Shown: positions 13,323 through 26,900, counted from the stretch's first letter. The stretch: 64,000 nt of DNA from Octopus sinensis (GCF_006345805.1 NC_043008.1:22072001-22136000); one strand, 5' to 3'. Made by a program: numbers and translations. Notes: a model not told the origin generated them from the letters alone.

Positions 13323-13328
<6 letters not shown>
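12609..13328 (-). pseudogene. 5'-truncated Dong/R4-clade non-LTR retrotransposon (zinc knuckle end, restriction-like endonuclease, 3' UTR) in a (TAA)n tract
   Basis: Minus-strand translation DETIDHLVLGCPVL..HHDRVGQYLHWKICKHY..ILWDFPVNTDRTIQANRPDIVIKD..LIDVNVPNDKN..KLNKYKDLEIEIQKMW..VLTSTAHIL, with stops and frameshifts; (ATT)n at 12505-12608 and 13353-13457. Confidence 0.9.
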
Positions 13329-13354
<26 letters not shown>

Positions 13355-13403
13355 TATTATTATTATAATTATTATATTATTATTATTATTATTATTATTA
13401 TTA

Positions 13404-13446
<43 letters not shown>

Positions 13447-13505
13447 TATTATTATTATAAATAGTAGTAGTTGTGGTGGTGGTGGTGGTGGTGGTGGTGG
13501 TAGTG

Positions 13506-13550
<45 letters not shown>
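13324..13550. repeat. Compound (CAT)-(TAT)-(TGG)-(TAG) microsatellite
   Basis: Direct reading. Confidence 0.9.
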
Positions 13551-14112
13551 AGGACCTAATGCAGTACTTATCTTAACTAAACAGGAGTTTTAAGATCAAG
13601 CTGTTTAGTTCAGAATCCTGCTACATTAATCACCACCACCATCATCATCTCTCCGTCACAGTGTAACAGCCTCACTGTGTATATAAAAAAAAATCGATTC
13701 TATTTCTTGATATTTAACAACAAATCAATATTTTTTGCTATTTTCTACAGACAAGCATGGAAGCAAGGTAGCTAAACAGATAAGCTATTGGACAATTTTG
13801 CTTTCTGTGATTCGATTCCATAGTTGATAAGATAAAGTACCAGTGATAAACTGGGGGATGATTTAATCCCCTTGTAGCTGATGCTCTTGCCTCCCAGATT
13901 TCTTTGAGCAAGTGACTACGGCTGAGAATCCGTGTGTCCTTAGTCCTTCTTGCACTTTAGGGTTGGATGAGCAATAAGCATATAAACCATGACCCAGCCT
14001 TTCTATGAGGAGACAATAACCCCTAATCCCAACTATTATTAGCTTTGAAAGGCAAGGTGACCGTTGTTCTTGTAGGTCTTTAGTTTACTTGTTGTTTGTA
14101 GTGTATTATTAC

Positions 14113-14670
14113 ACATGTGGCTAATGGTTAGTGGTTAGGTGTATTTAGCTCACAATCATAAAGTTGTGAGTTCAAATACCAGCTGCATTTTGTGTCCTTG
14201 AGCAAGACACTATATTTAACATTGCACCAGTCCATCCAGCAAGTAAAAGTGAGCGGTATCTGTATTTCGAAAGCGAGGTCATTGCCAGTCTCGCCTGACT
14301 GACCCCTGTGCCGGTGGCACATAAAAAGCACCCACTACACTCTCAGAGTGGTTGGCGCTAGGAAGGGCATCCAGCTGTAGAAGCTCTGCCAGATCAAGAC
14401 TGGAGTCTGGTGCGGCCGTCTGGTTCGCCAGCCCTCGGTCAAAATCGTCCAACCCATGCTAGCAGGGAAAGTGGATGTTAAACGATGATGATGATGATGA
14501 TGATGATGAGTCTTGTCACATTCTGTGTCATGCTGAATCTCCCTCAGAACTACGTTAAGGGTATGCATGTCTGTGGAGTGCTCAACCACTTGCACATTAA
14601 TTTCATGAGCGGGCTGTTCCATTGATCAAATCAACTGGAACTCTAATCTTCATGAGTGAATGAGTGCCGC
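14113..14670 (+). mobile_element. Family D SINE interrupted by a family C insertion
   Basis: Matches 33993-34328 on both sides (14113-14271 and 14509-14670) of the inserted C element. Confidence 0.8.
14272..14508 (+). mobile_element. Family C (RTE 3' end), nested in family D
   Basis: gtggcacataaaaagcacccactacactctcagagtggttggcgctaggaagggcatccagctgtag...aacccatgctagca...gttaaac(gat)n. Confidence 0.85.
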
Positions 14671-14984
14671 AATTACAGGTAGGATCATTAGCATATTGTA
14701 CAGAATGCTAAGTGGTATTTCTTCAGACACAGTACATTCTGACTTTAAGTTCTGCCAAGGTCATCTTCACCTTCCTTCACTAAAATAAGTATCAGTTAAG
14801 CATTGGGGTTGATACAATCGACCAACCCACTTCCCATAAAATTACTAGCCTTGGACCAAAATTAGAAAGCATCATTTGTTCAGGGGGCATTATTTTATTG
14901 CACTGCATCCCTCCTCATTATTAGAGAAAGAAACCAATTGAATTTCTTAAATTCTCCCTGGATAATACAATAACTTAGATAACC

Positions 14985-15202
14985 TATTCTGTTGTGTCTG
15001 GGGAGAGTCATTTTCTTTTTGTGCCTTATAATACTCACCGGTAAAATTTCCACTATTTTCTTATTTTTATTTTCCTATAATTTTCGTTGCGTCTTGCAAC
15101 CTTTTCAATAGTTTTATAAGGCACAAAAAGGAAATGACTCTCTATGCTTCAACACACGAACTCATGTAAAGAATATTGTAAACCCAATCCAAAAACGAAA
15201 TT
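14985..15202. mobile_element. PLE pseudo-LTR-like fold-back element; decayed hammerhead on the minus strand at 15075-15111
   Basis: gagagtcattttctttttgtgccttataa is inverted to ttataaggcacaaaaaggaaatgactctc; minus strand cta-TTGAAAA-g-gttgc(aagac)gcaac-GAAAATTA-tag; same family at 63769-63945. Confidence 0.6.
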
Positions 15203-15219
15203 AGATAACCTAGATATGT

Positions 15220-15497
15220 TTCTGCCAAAGGCTGATCATGTCTAACTTACTAGCAACACCTGAGGGGATCTGTTAAGTCATTTTCAAGGCAGGTTTTGTG
15301 GTATCATGACCCATTCAAGTAGGGAGTTGTTGTTGATTGAGATGTGTCCAGGTACAGGCGGCTTATCTGGCATCCTTTGAAGAAGTTTGTCCAGGTTTTG
15401 TTTGAAGGTGTAGGGATCTTTTTTTTTCTCTTTGATTTGTTTTGGGACAATGTCAAATAGAGCAGGGCCCGCTGAGGAAAGGGAATTGTGTTGCTGT
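15220..15497 (-). pseudogene. CR1-group LINE ORF2 C-terminus and 3' UTR fragment
   Basis: QHNSLSSAGPALFDIVPKQIKE..FKQNLDKLLQRMPDKPPVPGH..NNSLLEW fits the GP.LFN.LP..FK..LD..L..PD.P ending of CR1/Zenon-type ORF2. Confidence 0.65.
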
Positions 15498-17174
15498 GAA
15501 TTTATACCAAGAAGATTGATTTTTTATCTCTGACATATTTTATGATAAAAAATACAAATCAAATGAGCCTATGTGTGAACGGTTTTAAGTGGTTGCTTGA
15601 TTTGCTAAAACTAACAGTCAAATGTCCCCTAAGTTCATTCTACCTGTCTTGAAAAGGGAAAGGGTATATTGTATAATGTAATCCTTATCAACCCTAAAAT
15701 CAGGGTTGTTTTGGTTAGGGTGTCTTTGATCATGTGTCTGCTCAATCAGGGCTGATATTAGGTCTTAGGCCTGTCACAACCCTACAGGATTATTTGATTG
15801 GAGTTTACCACAGATACTTTGGAGTCTAAATGATTGAGAACACAATACCCCTGGTTGAATAGGAAACCAGCCCATCACATTGTTAAATTCCATCTGCTTG
15901 GAAATAAGGACCAGATTGTTGCTGGTGCTCACTTTCATCTGAATGGATTAGAGCAACATGAAATGAAATGCTTTGCTCCAGAACACAATATGCCACCCAG
16001 TCCAGAAATGGAACCCATGACCTTATGCTCATGAGTCAAGCACCTTAACCATCAGACCACATTTTCTTCACAATGTAGCCATATGACTTTGTAAAACCAT
16101 CCAACCCGAGTCAATCCTGAAACAATTGATGCAAATTCCAGCGGACACATCAAAGAAGGTTTTATTCATCAGCTGGGCAGCTTTTATGAAACCATTGTTA
16201 ATATTGGTTTCCCATCAGAATTCAGAATTATCAAAATGTTAAAAATCAATATTATATTGGTTTTAAAATATGTTGGATTAGCAGAATCATTTGAATGGCA
16301 AACCTTATGATATTTAGCAACATGGCATCATGTTCTTCCTGTTCTTCTTGTTCTTCCTGTTCTTCATGTTCTCAGTTGAAATCCTGTTCAGGTCAATTTT
16401 GTCTTTCATCCTTATAAGGTCAATAAAGGAGAGAATCAATCAAGTAGATTGGGTTCGATTTAATTGATTATATCACCTACAAAATTTTGTTTGAATTGTA
16501 CCTTTCGCCCATCAACCCTCACTCAGATCAATAAAATAAATGGTAAGAATGTCTTGAACCGAATCAATCAAATGCAATGCTTCCTTAGAAATGTTCAAAT
16601 TAGAAATCCACATCCTGTTCCTATGAAAGCTTCATGGCTGAATGGGTGAAAAGCAATTGTTTCTAATAAAGGCAAGTTTGTGGGAGTGGGTTACACAACC
16701 ATGGACCATGGAGGGATGAAAAGCAAAATTGGTTATGGTAGGATTTGAACTCAGAGCATAAAGAGCTGGAGCAAATACTGCAAAGCATATTATTCAATGC
16801 TATAACTACTCTGCCAATTCATTGCCACCCAAACCCTGATCAATTTAATATAGCTATACATCTCTCTGCCAAATATGTGGCAATGTGTTATTTCCATAGA
16901 AGTTTGTAAATATAAATATATTGATTTTTGTTTTAATTAACTTTAAAAAGTAATGAAGAATTTAGTAAAATGGCTGTCATATTATGACTGCTGCAGAATT
17001 GCTAGTATATTGGACAAAATGCTTGGTGGCATTTCTTCCAGTTATTATTTATGTTCTGAGTCCAAATTCTGCTACGGATTACTTGGCCTTCCATCCCTTC
17101 AGGATTGATAAGATAAGTACCCTACACCCTCCAAAAATTGCTGGCCTTGTGCCAAAATTTGAAACTAGCAACAT

Positions 17175-17500
17175 CGCCTATTGGCACTTGTGCCGGTGGC
17201 ATGTGAAAAACAACATTCGAGTGAGGTCGTTGCCCGTGCCACTACACTGGCTCCTGTGCAGGTGGCTCATAAAAAACACCACTTGAGCATTACTGTTGTC
17301 AGTACTGCCTGACTGGCCCTTGTGCCGGTGGCACATAAAAGCACCCACTACACTCCTGGAGTGGTTGGCATTAGGAAGGGCATCCAGCTGTAGAAACTCT
17401 GCCTGATCAGATTGGAGCCTGGTGCAGCCATCTGACTCACCAGTCCTCAGTCAAACCGTCCAATCCATGCCAGCATGGAAAGCGGGTGTTAAACGATGAT
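17175..17500 (+). mobile_element. Family C with three internal tandem units
   Basis: Three gtggc-aaaaa-cac units (17197, 17262, 17328), then the conserved 3' end. Confidence 0.85.
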
Positions 17501-17913
17501 ATTATGATGGTGTTTGGAAATATAAATTATCTACAAATTTTGATGTAAGGTTTCAAATCTAAATCACACTATAGTAAGAAGCTTCTATCATAGACCTAGA
17601 TGTAGACGCGGTCAGGTTGGTATAAAAAATATTAAAGACAATTAATTTGCTGAAGTAGAATGAAAAATCCAGCATTTTATTTTATGCACAATATAATTTT
17701 TCCTGAACAAAGCAAAATAACACAAACTCACTAGTTTTGTACATGACATCATCTGCTATTCAGCTGCGAAGATAAAATGCATTCAATAAACTCTGTAAAA
17801 TGTTTGGCAAATGAATAAAGACAAAGTAGAATAAAGAATACTCTTTAGTCTTGTCCAGAGCACGACGACCTCTCTAGTGTTGGTGCCATGACAAAATATA
17901 CCCAGCACATCCT

Positions 17914-18146
17914 TATTTCTTTATTGCCCACAAGGGGCTACACACAGAGGGGACAAAAAAGGACAGACAAATGGATGAAGTCGGTTATATCGAACCCCAG
18001 TGCGTAACTGGTACTTATTTAATTGACCCCGAAAGGATGAAAGGCAAAGTTGACCTCCGTGGAATTTGAACTCAGAACGTAACGGCAGACGAAATACCGC
18101 TAAGCATTTCACCCGGCATGCTAACATTTCTGCCAGCTCACCACCT
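17914..18146 (-). mobile_element. Family A SINE (tail type 1), young, with TSD
   Basis: Full length; atacccagcacat at 17898-17910 and 18150-18162. Confidence 0.85.
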
Positions 18147-18329
18147 TAAATACCCAGCACATTCTGTACAGTGGTATGTGTTGAGGAGGTCATGTGTTAA
18201 GAATCAGATGTAACAACAAGAGAGGTGTGGCTCTTTTGCTTCTTCAAGAAGATAATAACTTTGAACAAGAACTGACGTAGACTGTGACAATGCATCCAGA
18301 ACCCATACCAGCATGGTAAGCGAATTCTG

Positions 18330-18850
18330 AATGATGACAATGATGTCTAAAGGCTGTGGTGATGATGATAATGATGATGATGATGACGATGACAATGACA
18401 ATGATGATGACAATGTCAATAATGACAATGATGACAACCAAGATGATGATGATGACAATGATGATGGTGGTGATGATGATGATGACGACGATGACGACGA
18501 CGATGATGACAACGATGACAACAATTTCATTGATGACAATCATGATGATGATGATGATGATGATGATGACAATGACGATGATGATGGCGACAATAATGAT
18601 AACGACAATTTCAATGATGAAAATCATGATGATGACAATGATGGCAATAATGATGATGATGATGATGATGATGAGGATGATGATGATGACGACGACGACA
18701 ACGATGATGACAATTTCAATGACAATGATGACAATCATCCTCATGATGATGATGATGATAATGATGATGATAATAATGATGATAATGATGATGATGACGA
18801 TGATGACAACGACGATGATGACAATTTCAATGATGACAATGATGACAATA

Positions 18851-18883
<33 letters not shown>

Positions 18884-18970
18884 CTGATGATGATGAGGAG
18901 GAGGAGGAGGATGACAATGATGACGACAATTTCAATGGTGACAATGATGACAAATCATGATGATGATGAA
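18330..18970. repeat. (GAT/GAC/AAT)n compound array with a recurrent gacaatttcaatg unit
   Basis: Direct reading. Confidence 0.9.
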
Positions 18971-19940
18971 TTAACTTTTTGCTGATGCAGACGACTATTA
19001 AATTCATGGATTTCCAATCTGTGTCGAGAAACGATAGACACAAAGTATAGATTACCCAAGCTAAAATACTTGTCAGAATTTAATTACATTATCCTAAGTT
19101 ATGAAATTAACATCATGCCAGGTTCACCTTTATCTTTCATCCTGTCCAGAGTCAATAACATTAACAATAAACTCTAAACACTTTTATTAGATGTTTTTAG
19201 TCAACTAATACACATTCCATCCCACAAAATTTTAAATTTATGCAAGAAATTGATGTATTTTAGTTTAGTTTTGTCTTTAGCTTTGCACAAAGGACCTGCA
19301 ATTTTAGGCCTCTGTAAAGGCAATTAGGCCTTGTTGCATTGCTGTTTTCCCAACAGACATTCGTTATGCATGTGAAGAGAATTGCATTAATTAAGAACCA
19401 AGATTACAACTAGATTTTGAGCTTACCTCTTGCTCGAAGCATTCAACCATTTTATAATATCACATCATGATGTTATCAGTTCAGTCTGTAATTATACGAT
19501 ATCCCTTGTGGTTTCTGTTACAAGCATACTATAATAATTCACTTTAGATTAATTAAAGTGATATCATTTGATTTCATTATTGTATTGATTTATGATCCAC
19601 TGAGTAAGATTCTGTACAGTCATTATTCAACCTGCTAGATATATCTTTAATCTTTCATCTTTTTTCTAGTTTTGGTCATTGGACTGTGGCCACCCTGGGG
19701 TTTAGTCAAATGAATCAAACCCGAACCTTATGTTGTATTTTTTTTAAATGTGGTTCTTATTCAATCAGTCTCTTTTCTGTTAAACCACTAAGTCACAAAC
19801 ATAAACAAACCAACACCAATTGTTTTATAATGTTTTATAATGGTGGTGTTGATGGTAGTAGTGGTGGTGGGGTCAATACAGACAATTGGGGCCAAACAAC
19901 AACGTATTAAAAGAAGGTAAGGGTATACTATTGATTAGAT

Positions 19941-20241
19941 GTTTGTTCCTTCTCAAGCCATGCCTGGCTTATAATGGGCTGGTTTCCCAGTTTCCTTGGT
20001 GTATAGGTTCCCCACCTGGATGGGACACCGGTCCATCGCAGGTGAGCTGCAAGATGCAGGAGGAAAGAGTGAGAGATAATTGTGGTGAAAGAGTCAGCAG
20101 AAGTTCGCCATTACCTTCTGCCGGAGCCGCATGGAACTTAGATGTTTCACTCATAAACACGCACATCACCCGGTCTGAGATTCAAACCCGCGATCCCTCG
20201 ACCGTAAGTCCGCTGCTCTAACCACTAGGCCATGTGCTTCC
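19941..20241 (-). mobile_element. tRNA-derived SINE, family F (tail 1), with 14-bp TSD
   Basis: Minus-strand head ggaagcacatggcctagtggttagagcagcggac...gggtttgaatctc; actattgattagat at 19927-19940 and 20242-20255. Confidence 0.9.
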
Positions 20242-20618
20242 ACTATTGATTAGATAGGGCACTGTAAATGCGTGGGGCTTATTTTGTTTTAAATCATGAC
20301 CTTATTTATCTTAATCATTTTGTTACCTTATTTATTTTGAAATATGCTGCATTTATGTGAACTAATTTTGAAAATTACTAAGAATTTGGTAATATAACTT
20401 TGTCTTTAATGTAAAATTTACTTGGAAAAGATGCGTGGTGTTCAGTCATGTAATAATATAAATAATATATAAATATATGCATATATACATACATATATGT
20501 ACGTACCTACATATATATGTATATATGCATGCATATATGTGTACAGGACGTCAAAAAAACATAGAACACAATGAGAAACGAAGTGTTCTATGTTTTTTTG
20601 ATGTCCTGTACCCATATA

Positions 20619-21138
20619 CCGTAAATCCTCGAGTATAATCCACATTTTTTCCCAAAATTTAAAGGTCAAAATCCCTAGTGTGTACTATATACGAGGTTAT
20701 AAATGAAAAATATTTTCCAAGCAATGTCCGAGTCTATATTTGCTGTCCGGCAATGTTTATTCAGACACACTTTGTGATGTCGGACACGAAAATACCTTAA
20801 GCTAAGCCTGAAAGCAATAATAAGCCTGAAAGTCATAAAAGAATCATCCATAACTTGCAGCAAGCAACATTTATTAACATTATTACTGTTATTTCTTTAT
20901 TTTCTGCAAACAAAATGCACAAAAAAGCTACACGTTAGCATTATGTTATATATACAATAATAATAAAGGACGTTACCGTATACATTTTTGCAAACCAAGG
21001 ACGTTATATAGAGCTCCTTGACTCAAGTTAGAGAAGGGTTGTGTATTATACACAAGGTTTAGGTTTTTCAGAGGTGCAGCCCCCTAAAAATCCCCTGCGT
21101 ATTATACTCAAGGGCGGACTATACTCGAGGATTTACAG
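20619..21138. mobile_element. pogo/Tc2-like MITE, copy 1
   Basis: TIRs ccgtaaatcctcgagtata / tatactcgaggatttacag; TA on the left side; second copy at 51520-52348. Confidence 0.85.
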
Positions 21139-21228
21139 ACAACAACAATGATGACAATGATGAGGACAATGACAACAGTAATGATGGTGATGTTGATGAC
21201 AATGATGATGATGATAATGACGCTGATA

Positions 21229-21259
<31 letters not shown>

Positions 21260-21512
21260 CGATGACGACGACGATGACGACGACAACGATGATGATGATG
21301 ATGACAACAATGACAACACTAATGATGGTGATGTTGAACAAAATGATGATGAAGATGATGATGACAATTATGACGACGACAACGACAATGATGGCGATGA
21401 TGATGATGGTGATGATGATGATGATGGTGATGACAGTGATGACGACAATGATGATGGCGACAGCAATGACGATAGCGACAATGATGGTAGTGGTGGTGGT
21501 GGTGGTGGTGAT
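21139..21512. repeat. (GAT/GAC/GGT)n array
   Basis: Direct reading. Confidence 0.9.
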
Positions 21513-21920
21513 TATGTTGCTTAAACTAGATGTGATAACGAGAGAAGTGAAATATGATGCAAAGAACAGTTTTATTACTTTTAAAGAGTGGGGTGGTGTG
21601 GAGTGGAGCGGAGTGGAGTAGAATGGAGTGGAGAGTACTTTTTCTAAATCTAATACTTAAAGTATGTCTGTTATTATTTCTTTAAATTAATATACGTTAT
21701 TAATTAATGAACTCACAAAAAGAAGAAAATAATTTTAAAAAAACAAATAATTGAAGTATATTAATTTAGATAAATTAAGTAAAAATCTTCTTAATGGAAC
21801 CCATTTTCTTTAAAAGATTCCATTTAAAATTTATTGCCAAATAACAACTGAAATAACAATGTAGATTCATGTACGCCTATATGTGCACAACTGTTTTCAT
21901 ATGCTTACATCTGCATGTGA

Positions 21921-21973
<53 letters not shown>

Positions 21974-22001
21974 AGATTTCTTAATGCTTGTCAAATTACA
22001 T

Positions 22002-22167
22002 TCATCATCATCATTATCCTTATCATCATCATCATTATCATCATCATCATAATCATCATCATCACCATCATCATCATCATTATCATCATCATTATCATCA
22101 TCATTATAATCATCATCATCATCATCATCATCATGATCACCACCATCACTGCTATCACCACCACCAA

Positions 22168-22199
<32 letters not shown>

Positions 22200-22453
22200 T
22201 TATCATCATCATCATCATCATCATCATTATCATCATCATTATCATCATCATCATTATCATCATCATCATCATCATCATCAATCATCATCATCATCATCAT
22301 CATCACGATCACCACCATCACTGCTATCACCACCACCAACTCCATCATCACCATCATCATCATCATTATCATCATCATTATCATCATCATTATAATCATC
22401 ATCATCATCATCATCATCACGATCACCACCATCACTGCTATCCCCACCACCAA

Positions 22454-22494
<41 letters not shown>

Positions 22495-22510
22495 GCATCA
22501 TCATCATCAT

Positions 22511-22542
<32 letters not shown>

Positions 22543-22576
22543 CGATCACCACCATCACTGCTATCACCACCACCAA

Positions 22577-22614
<38 letters not shown>

Positions 22615-22710
22615 GCAGCAGCATCATCGTCATCATTATCATCATCATTGTCATCCTCGTCACTATCAGCACCATCACCATCACCAACTTCATCATCATC
22701 ATCATCATCA
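22002..22710. repeat. (CAT)n array with four higher-order units
   Basis: gatcaccaccatcactgctatc(a/c)ccaccaccaactcc at about 22135, 22307, 22421 and 22544. Confidence 0.9.
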
Positions 22711-22734
22711 TTTTTATACCAGTTTTTACTAAGC

Positions 22735-23000
22735 TTGTATAGGTTTGACAGGTCCTCTTCAATCCAAGTCCGGCCACTTGTTGCATACCTTTCTCATCTC
22801 CTTTCCTTCTTTCCTTCCCTGCTTGCTTCTGCATCCCAGGTTAGTGGTCCCAGAGACGTCATCACGTGGAGAGTCAATGAGTACCACCCGTGCTCCCCAT
22901 AGCTCATAGCCCTAACCACTCCCTCTGCCCTCCAAGATGACATCAAGCCTCTGGAGACCTCCCTTAATCATGTCCAGCCATATGATGCACCACCTAGGGT
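22735..23000 (-). pseudogene. Possible RTE-type LINE C-terminus / 3' end
   Basis: PRWCIIWLDMIKGGLQRLDV resembles the RP..TW...IK.DL ending; its (GAT)n-type tail side adjoins the array at 22002-22710. Confidence 0.35.
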
Positions 23001-23320
23001 GTTTGGCTTGTAACTGTAAGGTTGTGAGTTCAATTCTTGATGGAGCATTCTGTCCAAAGGAAAGAGAGGAAGCACAAAAGTGACTCTTGTATTTCATTTA
23101 TTTATCATCCCTAGGAGGATGAAAGGTAAAGTTGACTACAGTAGGATTTGAACTCAGAACATAAAGAAACAGTAGATATGCCATAAGGCATCCACCAATT
23201 TATCTCTCAAGGATGATATTTTTTAAGGCGGTGAGCCCTCAGCTTCTGTATTCAGCTTCCTGAAATCTGTTATCACCACATGCTTTTAAATTCTTTTTAC
23301 TTTCCATGAACGAAATAAAA

Positions 23321-23592
23321 TATCCTTTTCTACTCTAGGCACAAGGCTTGGAATTTTGGGATAGGGGGCCAGTCAATCAGATTGACCCCAGTACACAACT
23401 GGTACTTAATTTATCGACCCTGAAAGGATGAAAGGCAAAGTTGACCTCGGTGGAATTTGAACTCAGAATGTAAAGGCAGACAAACTATGGCCAAGCATTT
23501 CACCTGGCATGCCCAAGGTGTCACGCAGTGGAACTGAACCTGGAACCATGTGGTTCATAAGCAAGCTCCTTACCACACAGTCACTCCTACAC
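23321..23592 (-). mobile_element. Chimera: family B head joined to a 5'-truncated family A SINE
   Basis: A body 23321-23510; B head 23510-23592; junction cacctggcatgc|ccaaggtgtcacgcagtgg. Confidence 0.7.
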
Positions 23593-23705
23593 CTCCTACA
23601 CTACATAAAACTTTTAGTATGTACAAGTGTAACCCTTGGACCCACAGTTACATTCAACCTGAGAACTAGTAATATCTATGGTATATTCAATGATTGTGGC
23701 TGTTT

Positions 23706-23985
23706 CCAGCCTCGTCTGGCCCCCATGCCGGTGGCATGTAAAAAGCACCATTCGATCATGGCCGTTTGCCAGCCTCGTCTGGCACCTGTGCAGGTGGCAC
23801 GTAAAAAGCACCCACTACACTCACGAAGTGGTTGGCGTTAGGAAGGGCATCCAGCCGTAGAAACACTGCCAGATCAGACTGGAGCCTGGCGCAGCGTTCT
23901 GGCTTCCCAGACCCCAGTTGAACCGTCCAACCCATGCTAGCATGGAAAACGGACGTTAAACGATGATGATGATGATGATGATGAT
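23706..23985 (+). mobile_element. Family C, young
   Basis: CpG-rich; two units plus ggcgttaggaagggcatccagccgtagaaac...ggacgttaaac(gat)n. Confidence 0.85.
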
Positions 23986-24322
23986 TCAACCATGGACATG
24001 TAAATTTCCAAAGTAAGAATTCAGTTGATAAGACGACTGAATACTAATGGCTGAAACTGCGCTGTATCATCATAAAAATCTATTATTATTCAGAATTGGC
24101 AAAATGCCAGGTAAAATTGTTCCTACTAATTAGTCTCATTGCTTTACATTTTGTGATTAAACCTCACCTGAGTCAACTTTGCCTTTCATCCCACCAGGGA
24201 ATAAAATAAAAGCCCTGTTAAGTATTGGAACCAATTAACTTAACATCCTCTGTGTGAGTGTGTGTATGCATATATTATATACTATGCATACATTTGTGAG
24301 TGTGTGTGTATATGTATGTATG

Positions 24323-24353
<31 letters not shown>

Positions 24354-24420
24354 AAATATATATATATGTACATACACACACATATAGATATGCAAATATA
24401 CATATGTGTATATATGTATT

Positions 24421-24471
<51 letters not shown>

Positions 24472-24472
24472 G

Positions 24473-24505
<33 letters not shown>

Positions 24506-24514
24506 TTATATATA

Positions 24515-25055
<541 letters not shown>

Positions 25056-25567
25056 ATATACATGTACGCACGAGCGCACGCACGCACACACACACACATA
25101 CATATATACAATACTTGAACTGTTAGAGACATTACTTTCAGAATTGCAATAGGTTGCAATTTCCACCCTTTTCACCCAAAGTAGTAGTAGTAGTGGGAGG
25201 TAGTGATGGTGGTGGGGGGGGCGGTGGTGGTGGTGTAACCCCTGTTACTTGATTTGTTGCTGAGAGGGTATTTGAGATTAACTTCAAAAGCGAGTTCAAA
25301 TTCCGTCGAGGTCGACTTTGCTTTTCATCCTTTCTGTGTCGATAAATTAAGTACTAGTTGCATACTGGGGTCGATCTTATCGACTGGACCCCCTCCCAAA
25401 AACAAAATTTCCGGCTTTGTGCCTAGAGTAGAAAAGGATATTAACTTCAAACGTACCAACTGATTTTGCCAATTTTTAATTGGCCACAGTCAAATGACTG
25501 AAACAAGTAAAAGAGTAATCTAAAAGAGTAATTAAAACAATGCTGACTGGCCCCAATAGCTCTTTAA

Positions 25568-25787
25568 CCCTTTCGTTACTGTATTTATTTTGAGATGCTC
25601 TCTGTTTCTTTCAATTACTTTAAATATAACAAAGAATTTAGTAAAATAACTTAGCTATAATTCAGCTAGTGTTAAGAACCTAAATTTTGACTAATGTTTA
25701 GTGGAAGATTTTAATTCACAACTTATGTAAACAAGACATTTGTACTCAGAGCTAGAGCCAGTTTCAGCCGGGTTGGTAACAAAAGGG
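25568..25787. mobile_element. piggyBac-type MITE
   Basis: TTAA (25564-25567) + ccctttcgttac ... gtaacaaaaggg + TTAA (25788-25791). Confidence 0.85.
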
Positions 25788-25884
25788 TTAAACAAGATTA
25801 CCAACTTCAGAAAAGAAAACAGAGAAAAGAAATAGAACTTCCTTCGTTTTAAATATTCTATACCGAAATTGTAGCCACGTGTAC

Positions 25885-26600
25885 AGGCATGTCCTTTTGC
25901 AAGTGCTGGTGCCACATAAAATGTACTTATGCCAGTGTTGTGTAAGATGTACTTGTGTCAGTGCCATGGTGTATGAACTCATGCTGGTGCCACATGAAAG
26001 GCACCAGTGCTGGTGCCATCCAGTACACTCTCTGTAAAGTGGTTTGCAGCAGGGAGGGCATCCAGCCACAGGGTCTGTGCCAGAACAGACAATTGGGGCC
26101 AGGACAGATCCACCTCTCCACCAACTGACCAGCTCCTGTGAAACCGTCTAACTCCAGCCCATGCCAGTATGGAAAACAGACACTAAACAATAATGATGAT
26201 GATGGTGATGATGATGACGATGATGATGATGATGACAACAATGACAACGGATGATCATCATCATCATTATCATCACCATCATCATCATCATTATCATCAC
26301 CATCATCATTATCATCACCATCATTATCATTATCATCGCCATTGTCATCATCATCATCGTCATCATCATTATCGTCGTCATCGTCATCATCGTCATCACC
26401 ATTGTCATCATCATCATCATCATCCCCACCATCATCATCGTCATTGTCATCATCGTTTAACATTTGTTTCCCATGCTGGTATGGATTGAATGACTTGACA
26501 GGATCTGGCATGGCCAGGGATCTCAGCAGGTCCCAGAGTCTGTTTTTGGCAGGGTTTCTATGACTAGATGCCCTTTCTAACACCAACCACTTTACACTCT
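25885..26600. mobile_element. Two convergent family C copies joined through (GAT)n/(ATC)n tails
   Basis: Plus copy 25885-26250; minus copy 26251-26600 (gtttaacatttgtttcccatgctgg...gatgccctttctaacaccaaccac). Confidence 0.75.
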
Positions 26601-26900
26601 TATATAGAGTATGTCTTACACGGTGTCATGCCATCACCAGCGCTTTCTAGGTGGTGGAACAATGGTGGCTAGGAGGTGGTTCTACACACATCAAAACCAG
26701 ATGCCATTTAAAGTCATCCTCTGAAGGCACACACACACACATGCATACACATACCGTAGTCAAAGATAGTTCCCTTGCAGGTCCCGTATTGCTTGCCAGA
26801 TAAGTTGATAAAGTGACTTCCATTGTAAATAACGTCCCTAAGTGACATTGATTGCAATGGTGATTACAGCTTGGTATTTTAAAGTTCTAAAAACGAAAAA

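Noticed and set aside
17175-17345. Regularly spaced units that superficially resemble a CRISPR array
   Set aside because: The apparent spacers are homologous to each other, the context is eukaryotic with no cas genes, and the units belong to the RTE 3' UTR.
18331-18960. 209-aa poly-Asp/Asn ORF resembling acidic biomineral proteins
   Set aside because: It is a (GAT)n-type microsatellite open in several frames on both strands, with no signal peptide or splice support; similar arrays occur throughout the window.
19421-19490. Minus-strand exon candidate ending GAG|gtaagc (MVECFEQE)
   Set aside because: Good donor but poor acceptor and no supporting neighbouring exons; too weak to call.
21869-22834. 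Long His-, Ile- or Met-rich ORFs (could suggest His-rich structural proteins)
   Set aside because: Translations of (CAT)n arrays with arbitrary frame switching.
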